Assembly (NCBI RefSeq): GCF_001194135.2
Contig: NC_068984.1
Span: forward strand, 38,937,444 to 39,001,443
Source of the DNA: Octopus bimaculoides
Lineage: Eukaryota
Reading direction: 5' to 3'
Length of the DNA: 64,000 bases
Below, piece after piece: positions 27,800 to 41,693 of this stretch (positions are counted from its first letter, which is position 1; every line of letters starts with the position of its first letter). The translations under genes were made by a program, and so were the position numbers. Under the pieces are notes generated by a model. That model was given only the letters and a program-made list of their open reading frames with translations, made no database searches and had not been told where the DNA came from.

Positions 27800-29040
27800 C
27801 TTGGACAAGTATGTAACATCACTTAAACAACTAAAAGCCAGAAAACAACAACTTTGGCCAGGTAAGAACAGCACATTTTAAAATAGTACTGAAAGATAGA
27901 CAGATTGTAGGTAAAAAGGAAGGAAGCAAAGGGTTTGTCAGAATAGTATGTCCATATTAACACACACTGAAAGAGCAAATTTCTTGTTGCTGAGGTTTAC
28001 CAATGTTCTGTGGCGAAAGGTTCTTGCAAAGCAGTGTCAGGGCAAATAAAGACATTGGAAGATAGAAAGGTGTACAGAATGACGGTAGTGCATTTACCAT
28101 CACTGATGCAGAATTAAAGCTGTTTGGAAACGTTATTACAAGAAGTTGCTGAATGAGGAGTAGGTAAAAAGGTTTGTGTGTGTTGGCACTCCGTCGCTTA
28201 CGACGCCGAGCGTTCCAGTTGATCCGATCAACGGAACAGCCTGCTCGTGAAATTAACGTGCAAGTGGTTGAGCACTCCACAGACACGTGTACCCTTAACG
28301 TAGTTCTCGGGGATATTCAGCGTGACACAGTGTGACAAGGCTGATCCTTTGAATTACAGGCACAACAGGAGGTAAGAGTGAGAGAAAGTTGTGGTGGAAG
28401 AGTACAGCAGGGTTCGCCACCATCCCCTGCCGGAGCCTCGTGGAGCTTTAGGTGTTTTCGCTCAATAAACAGTCACAACGCCCGGTCTGGGAATCGAAAC
28501 CGCAATCCTATGACCGCGAGTCCGCTGCCCTAACCACTGGGCCATTGCACCTCCACAGGTAAAAAGGTCTACTCCAAGTAGATCCAACAGAGAGACCGGC
28601 AGTTACAGTTCATAAACACAACCAAGGATTAGAAGGCAGGGAAAGCAGCTGAAATGCCAAAGAGAGTCATTGAGATGCTGAAAATATTCAGTGCACTTGT
28701 TACATAGGTAGGTGCCATACCCAATGACTGGCATAGTAAGTATTAACGACAACTGCTTTAAAAACAAAGGAGATGCTCTAAAAAGCAACTGCAGAGGCAT
28801 CAAACTGACAGGCCAAGTTACGAAAGAATTATACAACTGATTAGGATATATATTACTGGAGATGAGATGCAGTTGAGTTTGTAGTGGTTTGTATCACTGG
28901 CGCCCTCTTCCTAGTGAGGCAACTACAGAAGTTCTTCGTTAAAAGTCACTGTTATCTTGCATTCAGTGATCTAGAGAAGGCCTTGGTAGTCTGATTGTTG
29001 CAGAAAAAAAAAACTGTTTGGCTGGATGGGTTGTAACAGC
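27800..29040 (+). mobile_element. Degenerate RTE LINE fragment interrupted by a SINE
   Basis: agaatgacggtagtgcatttaccatcactgatgcagaattaaag...ttattacaagaagttgctgaatgagg corresponds to an RNDxGxxxITDAExKxAWxxYYxKLLNEE-type RTE linker. Confidence 0.6.
28174..28556 (-). mobile_element. Young full-length tRNA-derived SINE with 12-bp TSD
   Basis: A-box TGGCCCAGTGG, B-box GGTTTCGATTCCC and (AC)n tail; TSD AGGTAAAAAGGT at 28162-28173 and 28557-28568; CpGs intact. Confidence 0.92.
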
Positions 29041-29380
29041 ATGCAAGCCCTATACAGAGACACCGTTAGAAACGTGTGAGTTATATATAAAGCGAAGATT
29101 TCAATGCACAGGAAGATGTTTATCGAGGTTCGGTTCAGATAACTGAATCTGTCGAATATTTATTTATAGAAATTCCCAAAACCAAGAGGCTTCAAGTAGA
29201 TCTAGCAATGATATAAACAAGAAAGAAAACTGGACAAGAGACATTAGGGAAGTGCCTCTGCTCAATAGAAAAGTAGTAAATAGAAAAGCTATGTTATGAA
29301 TTCAATGTAAACTATGAGTGCACAAGAATTGTAGAGAAATCACTAGGTAATTGACAGAAAAGGAAAACTTGGTATATAAC

Positions 29381-29443
29381 ACACAGGAGTAGTCAGCAGG
29401 TACACAGGTGTAGTCAGCAGATGCACAGGTGTAGCCAGTAGAT
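29381..29443. repeat. 21-bp minisatellite, 3 copies (acacaggtgtagtcagcagat)
   Basis: Three imperfect tandem units read directly. Confidence 0.85.
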
Positions 29444-29759
29444 AAACATAGTCATTAAATCAAATAAATTGGGCAACCCTAGAGTTCAGTATTCCATTGT
29501 TACTTTTATCAATCGGCAGGTAAAAAAATTTTGTTAGGAGACTGGTGAAGAAATTTGTTTGTATGTCGTTCATTTTTCACACACAAATTCTAAACAACCT
29601 GATACTATCATACTCTCCTCAGTGAGTTTGCACTGAATGAGTAAAATACTAGACAAAATAGAGTACTAATCTTAATTCAACACACACATTCAAAACAACC
29701 TATCTTCATTACAAATCAAAATATCCACTTCTCAAAAAAAAAAAAAAAAAAAAAGCTGC

Positions 29760-30560
29760 CGATCGCTAAACAAAACGATACTAAGCTGTTTGATTCACAT
29801 TTGTGAAAGTGGAGTACTAAACTCAAAGATCACCGACAAAGTCTTTCAAATTCTCGCAAGGATTCAGAGAAGTAATTTAATAGTTTATGTTACCTAATTA
29901 GCAGTAAGGTGAGCTTCCAAAGCATCATAGCCGGAGTTAGAACGGTGTAGATGAAATCTGCACGAACGACGAAGCCGAAATGAGTTAAGAACTAAAACGA
30001 AAGAAGCTATGTCCAGCACCTTTTCCACTACTTATTTTCCTTTTTAAAGATAATAAAGTCTAATTTGAGGAATATTTGACTGTTATTTCTAGAAGGGTGA
30101 GCGATCACGTTCCTAAAGATCGTTTAATGATCGAACAGACCGAGACTCAAAGACATTCTAACCAAGATTATCCCATTTTTTTTTCAGATATATATATTTT
30201 TTTTATCTCAGGCCTTCCCCCTTTTTTAAATATAGTAGGGTGTGCTTTGAGAATTAGCTGCTGTTTCTACCAGATCCAGCGACGGTGTAGAAATGTATTC
30301 GCTCCAATGAGCATTATAAAGAACTGAAAGATTGTTTCAGTTTTCCGGCTACACAATGCACTCAGCCTTGTGTGAATACATTGCTGATATAAAGTTTGTA
30401 TAAAATGCTGGGACTAGATATCGCTAAGAACGAATCATAACTGGAGATCTTATGACATAGTTCAGAAAGACATTATTCCTTTCGCATGTCTAACAGAAAC
30501 CTGTATCTGCAGCCGTTTTAAACACAACCAATGAAATAAATATTGATTCAACCAGACAAT
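29760..30560 (-). promoter_or_regulatory. CpG-retaining region; candidate promoter and non-coding first exon of C15orf61 (donor AG|GTAACA at 29894/29893)
   Basis: Many CpGs in non-repeat sequence compared with the depleted flanks; the downstream coding exon needs a 5' partner exon. Confidence 0.4.
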
Positions 30561-32852
30561 AAGGAAGTACTAAGACTTCGAAACATGTTTAAGTTCATAC
30601 CTTTTCTGAGAATTCATAATAGAAAGGCAACAGAAAGGCACGCGCATTTTACCACCAACATATTGTACCCGTAAAGTTAAGGAAAGTATTTAAAATTAAA
30701 CTAATCTAGTTAAGACAGGTTGTTTTGTGATTATATTGAAAAATGTCTGATGATTGATGTGTACAGTTAGAAAGTGTGCTAAACAAATAACAAAAGAAAT
30801 CTACGTTTCGTGTCTGAATATAGTTTTATCATAATTTACGAAAACAGTTAAAGTCAATAAACAAGAACGATAATAACAAAAACAAACATCGAAACAAACG
30901 GTTAATCAAACACGGTAATTTCTTAACACATTAAATGTGAAAGGCAACTTTTAATTAAGAATATATTATGTGAACGAAGAGTAGTTTTAGTGTTCATAAC
31001 GGTGTTGTAAAATAAAATTTGCAAACTATAAAAAAAATAATAAATTCCTTCGATAAATTGAAATATTCTGCCCGTAATACTTTTAAACCTTAACAGACGA
31101 CAGTGAAGAATTGCAAAGAAATGAATGAAAGAAAGATAACCCACTCAAATACAATTAAATATCTTTGTGATATAAGATGAAAGCAGTTTAAATTTCAAAA
31201 GTCAGTGGGTTACTCTACAAGTTAATGATTAGAATGAGAAAAAGTAATTGAAGATCAATAAATTACTTGCCGTGTGGAGGTCACGCTTGCATTACTGACA
31301 GCTTCGCAGTGCATTGTGGGTGTTCAAACATCCGGTACAACAATTTTATGGTACCTCTCTCACATGCAATAAAATGATAGACATGCTAGAAATAGCAGCT
31401 AAAAATCTTTCAAAATCCCACCGTGCTGTATTAAAAGAAGGAAAGGCCAGTTGGACAGTCAAATCCCTCATATACAAACAGACGGGGTTAGTCACGGCTT
31501 TTAATCGAAGATCTGCTCTATAAGGGCTGATGTAGGGCTAAACAGCAACGATGTCACGTGGTTGAATGCGAAATGGGGATCTTGTTCTGTGGCTCTACAA
31601 CAATTGTGGGCAATCTGTGACCAGAGAAATTTTCTGAATGGCACGCCTAATGAAAAATTATCGTAAAATTTTTTTAGTGGTGCGACTCACCTAATGATGA
31701 ACCATGCCTCATGCAGCTCGTTTCTTGGAAAAGGTTGCCCATGTCTGCTACGTGCTGAGGAAATGAAATCTACAATTTACTTGATCATTATATCCATTTC
31801 AACAATGTCTTTTTAATCTAGTGGAAATTGTTGATTCTGTACTCAAATGTATTTTGTAATTGAATGTGAAATAGTTGGAGTTAGTCTCTGTAGTCCGCAT
31901 AGAATTTCGATTGCAATTGGGTGGAGCAATTCGGCAAGTGTGGTTTCTTGCACTAATGCCAAAGTATAATTTCCTAGTTTAAATAAAATAGATGAAATAC
32001 CGCACGATATTTGCCCAGCATCAGACTAGGGAAGTGGGGCGACCTAGCGTAGGAGAAAGCTCTTAAAATTTCGAACAGTAAGTTTTTCTGGACAAGAAAA
32101 TGAAATCAATGGGATAAATATCTATTCTACATAACATATTGAGCACTCTTTGCTTCGTAATACACACACACACACACACACATATATATGGCGGTGCTCC
32201 AGCATGACCGATATTATATATATATATATATATATATATNNNNNNNNNNNNNNNNNNNNNNNNNNNNNNNNNNNNNNNNNNNNNNNNNNNNNNTATATAT
32301 GTATTCGAACTTTTTATTTCTTATTTCTCACGTATTTCAGTATTTCGTTTTCTTTTTATAGTACACCCTAAACTAAAGCTTTTTTTTTTAAATACATATT
32401 TTGTTAAATATTTTCAAGTAATTTCGAAAATATCCAACAAAATTCAAAAATAGTAGTTTGAAATGTCCAGTTTATTTCTCTGGAAATGAAAATTACTATA
32501 TTAAATCAACTTCAAAATAGAAATAGTTCAGCAGAAACATTAGCTTAATATACACGGAGCAACTGTTGAAACAAGAAAGACAAAGATAGGAACCAGAATA
32601 ATCCCAGGATCTTCTTTAACTTTGATGTTACTACGTATATGTGATCATAGGCAATAGCATTATTGGAAGAGTAGATAAAGCTCTTTAATTTGATTACAAG
32701 TTAAAACCTAATATTCGACAAAACGCATACACACGTGAACATACACAAATACAATAATCATATTTATTATCCTCCTCACTTTTCACAATTTCAATTTGAA
32801 CGGTGAGTTGCGAACCAAACAACCGTATAAACCGAAGGAATAGAACTCTATC

Positions 32853-32883
<31 letters not shown>

Positions 32884-33766
32884 CTATATGTCCGTCCATT
32901 CATCCCTCCCTCCCTCCCTCCGTTATCTATACACACCCACATATATACACACATAAATACGTAGGTACGTATATAATGTATATGATTCACGCCTGTCCAC
33001 GTGGACAATCTTTCAATTTTGTTTTCCTAACTTAAGTGGGATTTTTTATTTTTCTATTCTACTACTAACTGGAATTTTCGACTTTCTGAGCCAGCTTCAA
33101 GAAATTACTACTCTGAAATCTATTTTATCCCTTAAACTATTTCTTAGCATTGTTGAAATTATATTTTTGGTTTTGAATACATCAATTCATAATATTTATT
33201 ATTTTTAACGCTGTTTTGAACCAGGACCAGAGTTTGACGGTATTATAGATGAGTTTGAGGCAAAATCATCCCAATATTGATTTCTGAGTTTCCCTCACTT
33301 GTCGATCTGACAAAATTTTCGAAACAAATTCTTGACGATCCGAGTCATTTTAGTTTTTGCTCCTGCAAAAATACAGTTCATCACATTTTATGATAAGCAT
33401 TATTGATTAGGGGCTTAGGTAGGATTACTCAGGTTCAGGGTTTAGAGTTTGGGGTTAGAGTTTATAGTATACGCTTCTGGAGTTTATAATTTAAATGCCA
33501 ATAAAATGATAGGTGGAGTCATTTTTTTTTCAAACAAACGTCACACGTATTTCCCGCCTTTATAACAGGTATCTTCTGAATATAACTTGCTGAATAATGT
33601 AATGAAGATGGTGTAAGGAAATTAATCATTACATATAATTAATGTGTTTTATTAGATACAAGTAAAGGTTAGTGCCGTTTGCTAACTACGACACAAGTAT
33701 GTTAATTAGAAGTGAAAGACACGGAGAAAGAACTATCTGAGACAAGCGACATAGAAACCTCCAGAT

Positions 33767-34014
33767 CGATGGTTCTCAGCCGGGGTCCATATGGTCCTTG
33801 GGGTTCCAGATCAGATTTTGTTAAAATTTATCTGCAATAAATGTTATAATTTTACAATACACAAAATATTTCAACAGTTTTTATACGATTCCTAGTAATA
33901 TTTGATTATAAAAATATGATAAAATTGTTTAAACATCGAATGTCTAGGAGGGTCCATCCGAGTAAAATCGGAATCAAAGGGGTCCCTAGGTCAAAAACCG
34001 GTTGAGAAACACTG
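33767..34014. mobile_element. hAT (Charlie-like) MITE
   Basis: TIR cgatggttctcagccgg / ccggttgagaaacactg; 8-bp flanks ctccagat and ttctagat (6/8, NTCTAGAN-like). Confidence 0.7.
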
Positions 34015-34329
34015 TTCTAGATGGAGCTTTGCGACTCTCTGGTCCATTTCTCTATTGCCTTACTACAGCAAGGTAAGAGACTATCATATGAAGGAAGAGC
34101 AACATGACCTGTATAGTTCTGCCTAAAGTTGAATTCACTCATCTATTTATTACTGTTGGTTTGAAAGTTCTAGAAACTTCAACTAAACTGTTTGGTGGGA
34201 AAACTCATATACTTCCTTTGAAGATTGCCATTTCAGCCATAAGTCTGTCAATACTGATTGGTTGGGTCATACTCACATAGGCATTAATATATTTATGGTG
34301 ACATTTTTGCTTTTATGAGATTATATTAG

Positions 34330-35135
34330 TTCAAGGTTCTAGATAATGAAAATTTGAGACTTATGGTTCAAATTTCAGCTAGAGTCTCAGAAGATTTTGT
34401 TGCTATTCCTAGTAGTTCACCTAGAGCATCCACCCAAATCCTTTTTGTAAATAAGTTGTAGATAATTATTGTGGAGGAGTGAGGTGAGACATCAGGATCA
34501 GAAGGGAAGGGAAAGTGACATCGGGACTGGAAGCAAACGGAAATGACATCATGTCAAGAAGTGAGGCATTTGGAGAGCCTCTTTCTTCATCAGGACATTG
34601 ATATGTGAAGAGAATTTCGGAGGGAGAGTAGTTTCTGGCCAGATGTTGGGGTAATGGACATGTATAGGTATGACCAACGAGTTCTGCTGATCTTTGTGAA
34701 GTGAAGCTGGATACTCTATTCTGATTTTGTCTTGAGGTAAGAGTATTCTTATTTTAACCTCATTCCTTCTGCAAGCTATTTTGACTCATTGATTATCTGT
34801 CATGGGGACATATTTCTGTTTTTTTTTCTATTGCCTTACTGCAGCCAACACTCAAGATTGTTATGCAGATAAAGATTAGTAATGATGATTTGAGACCATT
34901 TTCAGGGATAGGTGATGTGGCCTGAATCAAAAATATTAAGCTTGTGGTGAAGTTGCAGGGCACTGAAGATGTGGCTGGTCTTATGCCACTTCTCTTAGAG
35001 AGAAGTGTGCGAAATCTGTATCTAGAAATGGATGAAGTGGATAAGCTGAAAATAGAGAATATTGAAGTGTGACTGAAGGATGCATACACAGGAGGAGCAT
35101 TCAAAGCCTACAACAAGCTTGGAAGAATGAGATGG
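34330..35135 (-). mobile_element. Degenerate LINE fragment, CR1-like endonuclease region
   Basis: Broken translation ...SLRNSL...NASLLD... resembles the AP-endonuclease end; 34612-34730 is homologous to 13280-13415. Confidence 0.35.
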
Positions 35136-36757
35136 ACAGACAAGCAAGTTCTGCTGACCATTGTGAAATGAAGCTGGATACTCTGTTCTGATTTCATGGG
35201 TGTTTTTATTTTTTTGCTTTTCCTTTTACAGTTATGCTATATAAGTTACTTTGTTTTGCTGAAAGGATTTATCATCATCATCATTTAATGTCCATTGTCC
35301 ATGGTGGCATGGGTTGGACAGTTTGACAAAAGGGTTGGTAAGCTGAGGTGCTGCACCAGACTTCAGTCTGATTTGGCATTGTTTCTACAGCTGGATGTCC
35401 TCCCTAACACCAACCACTCCAAGAGTGTAATGGGTGCTTTTATGTGCGACTGGCATTTATAAAATGTTGGTCAATAAAACCCTCTACAATTTCATCTAAA
35501 TAAAGAAATTTATTTGTGAAGAAACTGAATATTGTTTTTGGTCACATTTCTTCAATTAGAATTTCATTCATATGTAGGCTGCTTGATAATAATATTGAAA
35601 AGCTTCCCATACTTGACTGGTACTTTATTTAAAGCCCTCTGGAGGATAAAAGGTAAAGTTAAACACAAAATGTAAAGAGAGATTCATAACTAAACATTGT
35701 CTGATGCTCTAACAATTTTGTCAATCCTCTATTTGGTCATATTTTAAGGGCAATAAGAAATCAATGTCATCAATTATAACAAATCATTGATTGAGCCAGT
35801 GAGATAACCTTTATGTAGTTGTTCAAACTGCTAAAAATAAGTGCTGAATTTCACTCAGATCACACACTAGCATCATAAAAAAAGAAGTTCACATTTGATA
35901 ACAGAGACCTAGATACTTCTAGATCATGACTGTAATTTATTTGATCTGGTTTCATATGATGCAAAACACTGATTTCATAACAAGCTACTGAAAATGTGTT
36001 CAACTTCTTAGTTAAATATCTCTCTTTATTGGCTTCAAGTCCTATAATTTATTTGGGGCATTGAGTTCTGGTAGGGACAAAGAATTTCTATGACAAATGT
36101 ATTAAAAAATGTTTAGTTTTCAGTTATCTAGTTCATGACTATTTTCAAAATTAATGAGATCTAGATCAGTTCTAGAATGTTCAAGAGAAGTAAATTACCC
36201 TACGAAAAGGTAAATGGAAATATTATATAGTTAACATTTTTCAGAAATTGTTTAAGAAGGGTGTAGAAAGTGATTGCAAAGTAATTAAGTAATTAACTGC
36301 CCAAATTCTGCTTTCAGACATAACCAATTAAGATTTCATAAGGAAAGCTATTATTCTAATGTTACTGGAGGGAACAGATCTAATGTTTTACAGTATTTTG
36401 TTCCTTCTCTTTCAGTTTTCTGAGTTATAAGTTCAATGAAGTCAACTTTACCCTTCATCTGTGTGTTGTGATAAAATAAGTACCAGTAATATACTGGTGT
36501 TTATGGAATTGACTATGCACCCTTTCCCTACAAAATATTGCCTTATCAATCTCAATATTAAAAATTTACATTGTTTGCGTGAATTTTCTGTGACATACTT
36601 CCAGTTGACACATGCATATACATATGATAGACTTCTTTAGGTTTCCATTTAGCAAATCCACTCATAAGATTTTGGTTGACCTGGGGCTATAGTAGAAGAC
36701 ACCAGCCCGAGATACTATGAAATGGCATCTTGGGTAAGTATCTTCTACTATTTGTTT

Positions 36758-38520
36758 ATCATTATCAGCATTTAATGTCTGTTGTCCATACTGGCATGGG
36801 TTGGACAGCTTGACTAGGGCTAGCAAGCTAGAAGGCTGCATCAGACTCCAGTCTGATTTGACATGGTTTCTATGGCTGGATGCCCTCCCTAATGTCAACC
36901 ACTCTGAGAGTGTAATGGTTACTTTTATGTGACACTGGCATGGGTGCCATTTGCATGACACTGGTATTTGCTATTACTGCAATTTTACTTGGCTTGATGA
37001 GTCTTCTTCTCAAGCATGACATATTGCCAAAGGTCTTGGTCATTCGTCATTGCCTCTGTAAGGTTCAACACTTGAAAGGAGCTTCTCACATGCCACTGGC
37101 ATTGGCCACTTTGCCTCTGTGAAACCCAACACTCGAAAGGTGTTTTGTATGTGCCACCGGCATAGGTATCAGTTACATAACACCAACATCAGCCACGACT
37201 ACAATTTCACTTGACTTGACAGGTCTTCTCAAGCACAGCATATCACCAAAAGTCTCAGTCACTAGTCATTGCCTCTGTCAGGTCCAAAGTTTGAAGATCA
37301 TGCTTCACCACTTCGTCCCATGTCTTCCTTGGTCTACCTCTACCACAGCTTCCCTACACAGTTAGAGATCAGTACTTCTTTACACAGCTGCCCTCATCAC
37401 ATGGCCATACCAGCATAGTCATCTCTCTTGCACATCACATCTGATACCTATTACACCCAACTTTTCTCTCAAGATGCTTACACTCTGTCAAACATGCACA
37501 CTGACATTGCACATCCAGCGAAGTATACTGGCTTCATTTCTTTCAAGCCTACGCTTGTCCTCGGCTGTCACAGCCCATGTTTTACTGCCATGTAGCATAG
37601 CTGTTTGCACATAGGCATCATACATTCTGCCTTTCACACTGAGGGAAAGGCTCTTTGTTGCCAGCAGAGGTAGGAACTCACTGAATTTTGTCTAGCCTAT
37701 TCTTATTCTCACAGATATGCTCTCGGAGCATCCACCTTCACTACTATCTTGGTCACCTAGATAATAGAAGCTATCGACTACCTCAAGCTTACCCCACTGG
37801 CAGTTGATGGAGTCTATTTTCTGTACATTTTTGGTGTTTATTGTACCTTATGGAGTTTCTACATATGCCTTTTCTACAGATTGAGCTGGTCCATCTACCT
37901 GAAGGGATCCGTGATTTGTCTACCTTCCTACTTACTGAGACTGGTTTTTGCTAGGTTAACTCTAAGGTCCTTCAATTCTAGACCTTGCTTCCATACCAGA
38001 AACTACATCTCTAGTTCTGGTAGTGATTCCACTATAAGAACAAGGTCATCAGCATAGAGGAGTTCCCAAGGGCAGGCTTTCTTAAATTCCTCTGTTATTG
38101 CCTGGAGGACTATGATGAACAAGAGGAGGCTGAGGACCAATCCTTGGTGAACCCCTACATGTACCCTGAATTCTTCACTGTACTCGTTGCTAATCATCAT
38201 GTTACTGATAGCTTCCCTGTACATGGCTTTTACAGTTCTCACCATTTATCCCTAGTTTCTGCATTGACTGCCAGATAAGGGATTGGGGCACCCAGTAAAA
38301 TGCTTTCTCCAAGTCAACAAAAGCCAAGTACAGAGGTTTATCTTTGGCGTAGTATTTTTGCTGCCTTACCAGAAATATAGAATCAGTGATGCTTCTCCCT
38401 GGCACAAAACCAAACTGCATCTCATCTAGACTAACTTTCTCCCTAATTAGTTCAACCATGACCCTCTCTGTAACTTTCATCACCTGATCCAACAATTTGA
38501 TACCTTTGTAGCTATTTGAT
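36758..38520 (-). mobile_element. 5'-truncated RTE LINE (RT domain to 3' tail)
   Basis: YKGIKLLDQVMKVTERV, MQFGFVPGRSITDSIF, LYLAFVDLEKAF, VGVHQG, WELLYADDLVL; 3' UTR and tail shared with other copies; frameshifted. Confidence 0.92.
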
Positions 38521-39599
38521 ACCTTTGTAGTAATGGTAAACTTTGAATTACATGCTTCAATAACTGAATATGTAAACAATGCCAAGTGGCAATAGTGAAA
38601 GCATTCTTGGTCATTCGTCATTGCCTCTGTAAGGTTCAACACTTGAAAGGAGCTTCTCACATGCCACTGGCATTGGCCACTTTGCCTCTGTGAAACCCAA
38701 CACTCGAAAGGTGTTTTGTATGTGCCACCGGCATAGGTATCAGTTACATAACACCAACATCAGCCACGACTACAATTTCACTTGGCTTGACAGGTCTTCT
38801 CAAGCACAGCATATCACCAAAAGTCTCAGTCACTAGTCATTGCCTCTGTCAGGTCCAAAGTTTGAAGAAAGAGATTAAAGTGAAAACTTATGAAGTATTT
38901 CTCTTCCAAAGTTTTCTGAAACTGGAGCCAATCCGTGACCCTCATAACTCAAACCCATATTAACTTTTGTTTATTTCAGTTCAAATGTTCATATATGAGT
39001 GAAGACATTTTTATTTTTCAAAATGCAAAGAAAGATAAAAGAAGGATAAACTGAATGAGATTAGGGCATGTTTGCCATAAATATAATCCTTTCTACTCTA
39101 GGCACAAAGCCTGAAATTTTAGTGGGAGGGGATTAGTCAATTACATCGATTCCTGGTACTTATTTATTCTATTAACCCTGAAAGGGTGAAGGGCAAAGGG
39201 CAAAGTTGACCTTAGAGGCATTTGAACTCAGAATGAAAGGACCTAAGAAATGCTGCTTTGCATTTTGTCCAGTGCTCTAACAATTTGCCAACTTGCTACC
39301 ATATTTTTTGCCACAAATATTATATAACAAGCTTTTATGAAGCCATGTGATATGGTATAATATTGACTCATAACTCATTTTATATAGTGATATTTAAATA
39401 AAATTTAAACAACTTTTGCATGTCTTATCAGTACTTCCTTATAATTAGAGTAGCTTTGAGACAAAAGTTCCATAACAGATTTATCTGTAGCAGAAGTGAT
39501 TTACACTGTCATTATGTATGAGATGTTTTCATTTTGACTCATCTAGGCTTGAATACCAGAATGTCGGCTCCACAAGCCTTTTTATTTCAGCAGCTTCCA

Positions 39600-40100
39600 T
39601 GACCTCGTGATTAAATGAACTTGTTATTTGTATTGGTCCATTTCCAGCCATCCAATCATGTTGACGCAACAGTTAATTTTTTTCCTTATGTGGGAAATTA
39701 ATCACTAGCTCCTAGGAGTCTACTATTCTCTATAAGAAACAGCAGTTCTCAACTACTCTATGTCTTTGGAACATGCCACTAACCACATACAACTCGTCTC
39801 CAGTAACAATGTGTCTGACACCAACCAGTCTATGCTTTGAACTCCACCAAACCCCTGCTTACATCGTTTCTGTATGAATATCACATGACCAACAGACCAA
39901 CAGCTGCTTCTAAACACCACCAAATAGTTCGTCAACTTTGGCTACAAGATCAATCCAGCCTAATCAAGAAGTTACTCACACATCTTTGTTGTAACTTATG
40001 TTATTTTATTTCATGCATGGCAATCATTGTATTTTATAACGGAGAATAAATCATCTCTTACCAGTTCATTTCATCTCAAGTTATATACCTTTTACACATT
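39600..40100 (-). mobile_element. Possible very old mariner remnant
   Basis: HIVTGDELYV resembles the mariner first catalytic motif IVTGDETW; little else is alignable. Confidence 0.3.
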
Positions 40101-40723
40101 TCCCTCATTTATCATCTATGTTATATATCTATGAATCTTTAAGTTATGTGTGAAACATTATTTTAAATTATCGATAAATAAAAAAATATTTAGTTGTTTT
40201 AGGAAAACTATCTAAGTTCATTTTCATTTTAAAATTTAATTGAAGAACATAGGATATATAGTTTAGAAATATAGTTATAAAGCAGTTAAATTTTTTTAAT
40301 GAAATATGGTGAGATTACATAATGATCTGAATATAAAATGACCTGATTGTGAGGTAGGCTATGAATGTCTGGCAAAAACTGGTTTAAAACATTCTTGTGG
40401 GGAAAGGCTTCGAAAAATTGGGCTGCGCCTTGTAAGCATATATGTCTTATTAACCATCAAATATGGTATTAATTAACAAGTAAAGTTATTCACCCTCTCT
40501 TTTTCACTGCAAACACGTGCACACACTCATAGGCAAACAGAAGCGGATATACTGAAACAAAATATAAACACACACTCATTGACTAACATACATATACAGA
40601 TTCACAAACTGCTACACATATATTGACAGACATGCAGACATACACATGCACAAATCTTCATTGATATGCGTCTCTGGCAGGAAGCTCAAATTAATGGAAA
40701 GTCAGTCAACTTTAAGAACAGCA

Positions 40724-40759
<36 letters not shown>

Positions 40760-40843
40760 AAGAATTTTATATATATAGATTAAGCACATGTATTAAATGT
40801 TAATTTAAGGGTTAATATGTAACTGTAAATACCTTGCAACTAT

Positions 40844-40892
<49 letters not shown>

Positions 40893-40895
40893 AAT

Positions 40896-41046
40896 ATCAT
40901 CATCATCATCATCATCGTTTAACGTCCGCTTTCCATGCTAGCATGGGTTGGACGATTTGACTGAGGACTGGTGAAACCGGATGGCAACACCAGGCTCCAA
41001 TCTAATTTGGCAGAGTTTCTACAGCTGGATGCCCTTCCTAACGCCA
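40896..41046 (-). mobile_element. Young tail-only RTE-type retroposon inserted in a (TA)n tract
   Basis: Near-identical to 7087-7240; TA repeats on both sides. Confidence 0.85.
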
Positions 41047-41419
41047 TATATATATATATATATATATATAACAAATGAAAGACAGAAGATGGAATATACG
41101 AGACTATATTATTAACCACAACAATTGTTTCGACACATCTATTATCGACTCCTTTTGTGGGACACAAAAACTGGTTCAGGAGTATCCGGTGGTGCAGACG
41201 TATCTCATCGGGTGATAAATAAATAAAAAAAACTCGTTAAAATGACTGTTCCATAATGCAACTTTCCGTCCTGTAGAGAGAAAAACAGCCAGATGGAGGA
41301 AAATTCTTCATATATGTAGAAGATCCAAAAATAAAATTCCAGAAGACAAAAAGAGAAACGAACACTTAATCCAGCGAGAAAAGTATTGAAAATAACCATT
41401 AATAGATGTTAATTTAAGG

Positions 41420-41693
41420 CAGTGGTTCCCAAACTTTTTCGGGTTGCCACCCACTTGACGCCCAGGTTACATTCCTAGTGCCCCACCCCAAGTAACTATC
41501 ACAAACGTACACTGCTTTTTGAAGTAAATTCAAAGCAACTGTATTTCACAAATAAAACTTAACCTCACAAATCCATTATTTTGTTGTTTTTACATGAATT
41601 GCTACCCCATTATTGCCCCACTTTTCTTCAATTCCCCCTTGAAACTTTCCATTGGCCCCAGAGGGACAATACTGCCCACTTTGAGAACCACTG
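41420..41693. mobile_element. hAT MITE with perfect 8-bp TSD
   Basis: TIR CAGTGGTTCCCAAA / TTGAGAACCACTG; TSD ATTTAAGG at 41412-41419 and 41694-41701. Confidence 0.92.

Noticed and set aside
28470-28556. tRNA-like sequence
   Set aside because: Continues into a SINE body with tail and TSD; it is a SINE head, not a tRNA gene.
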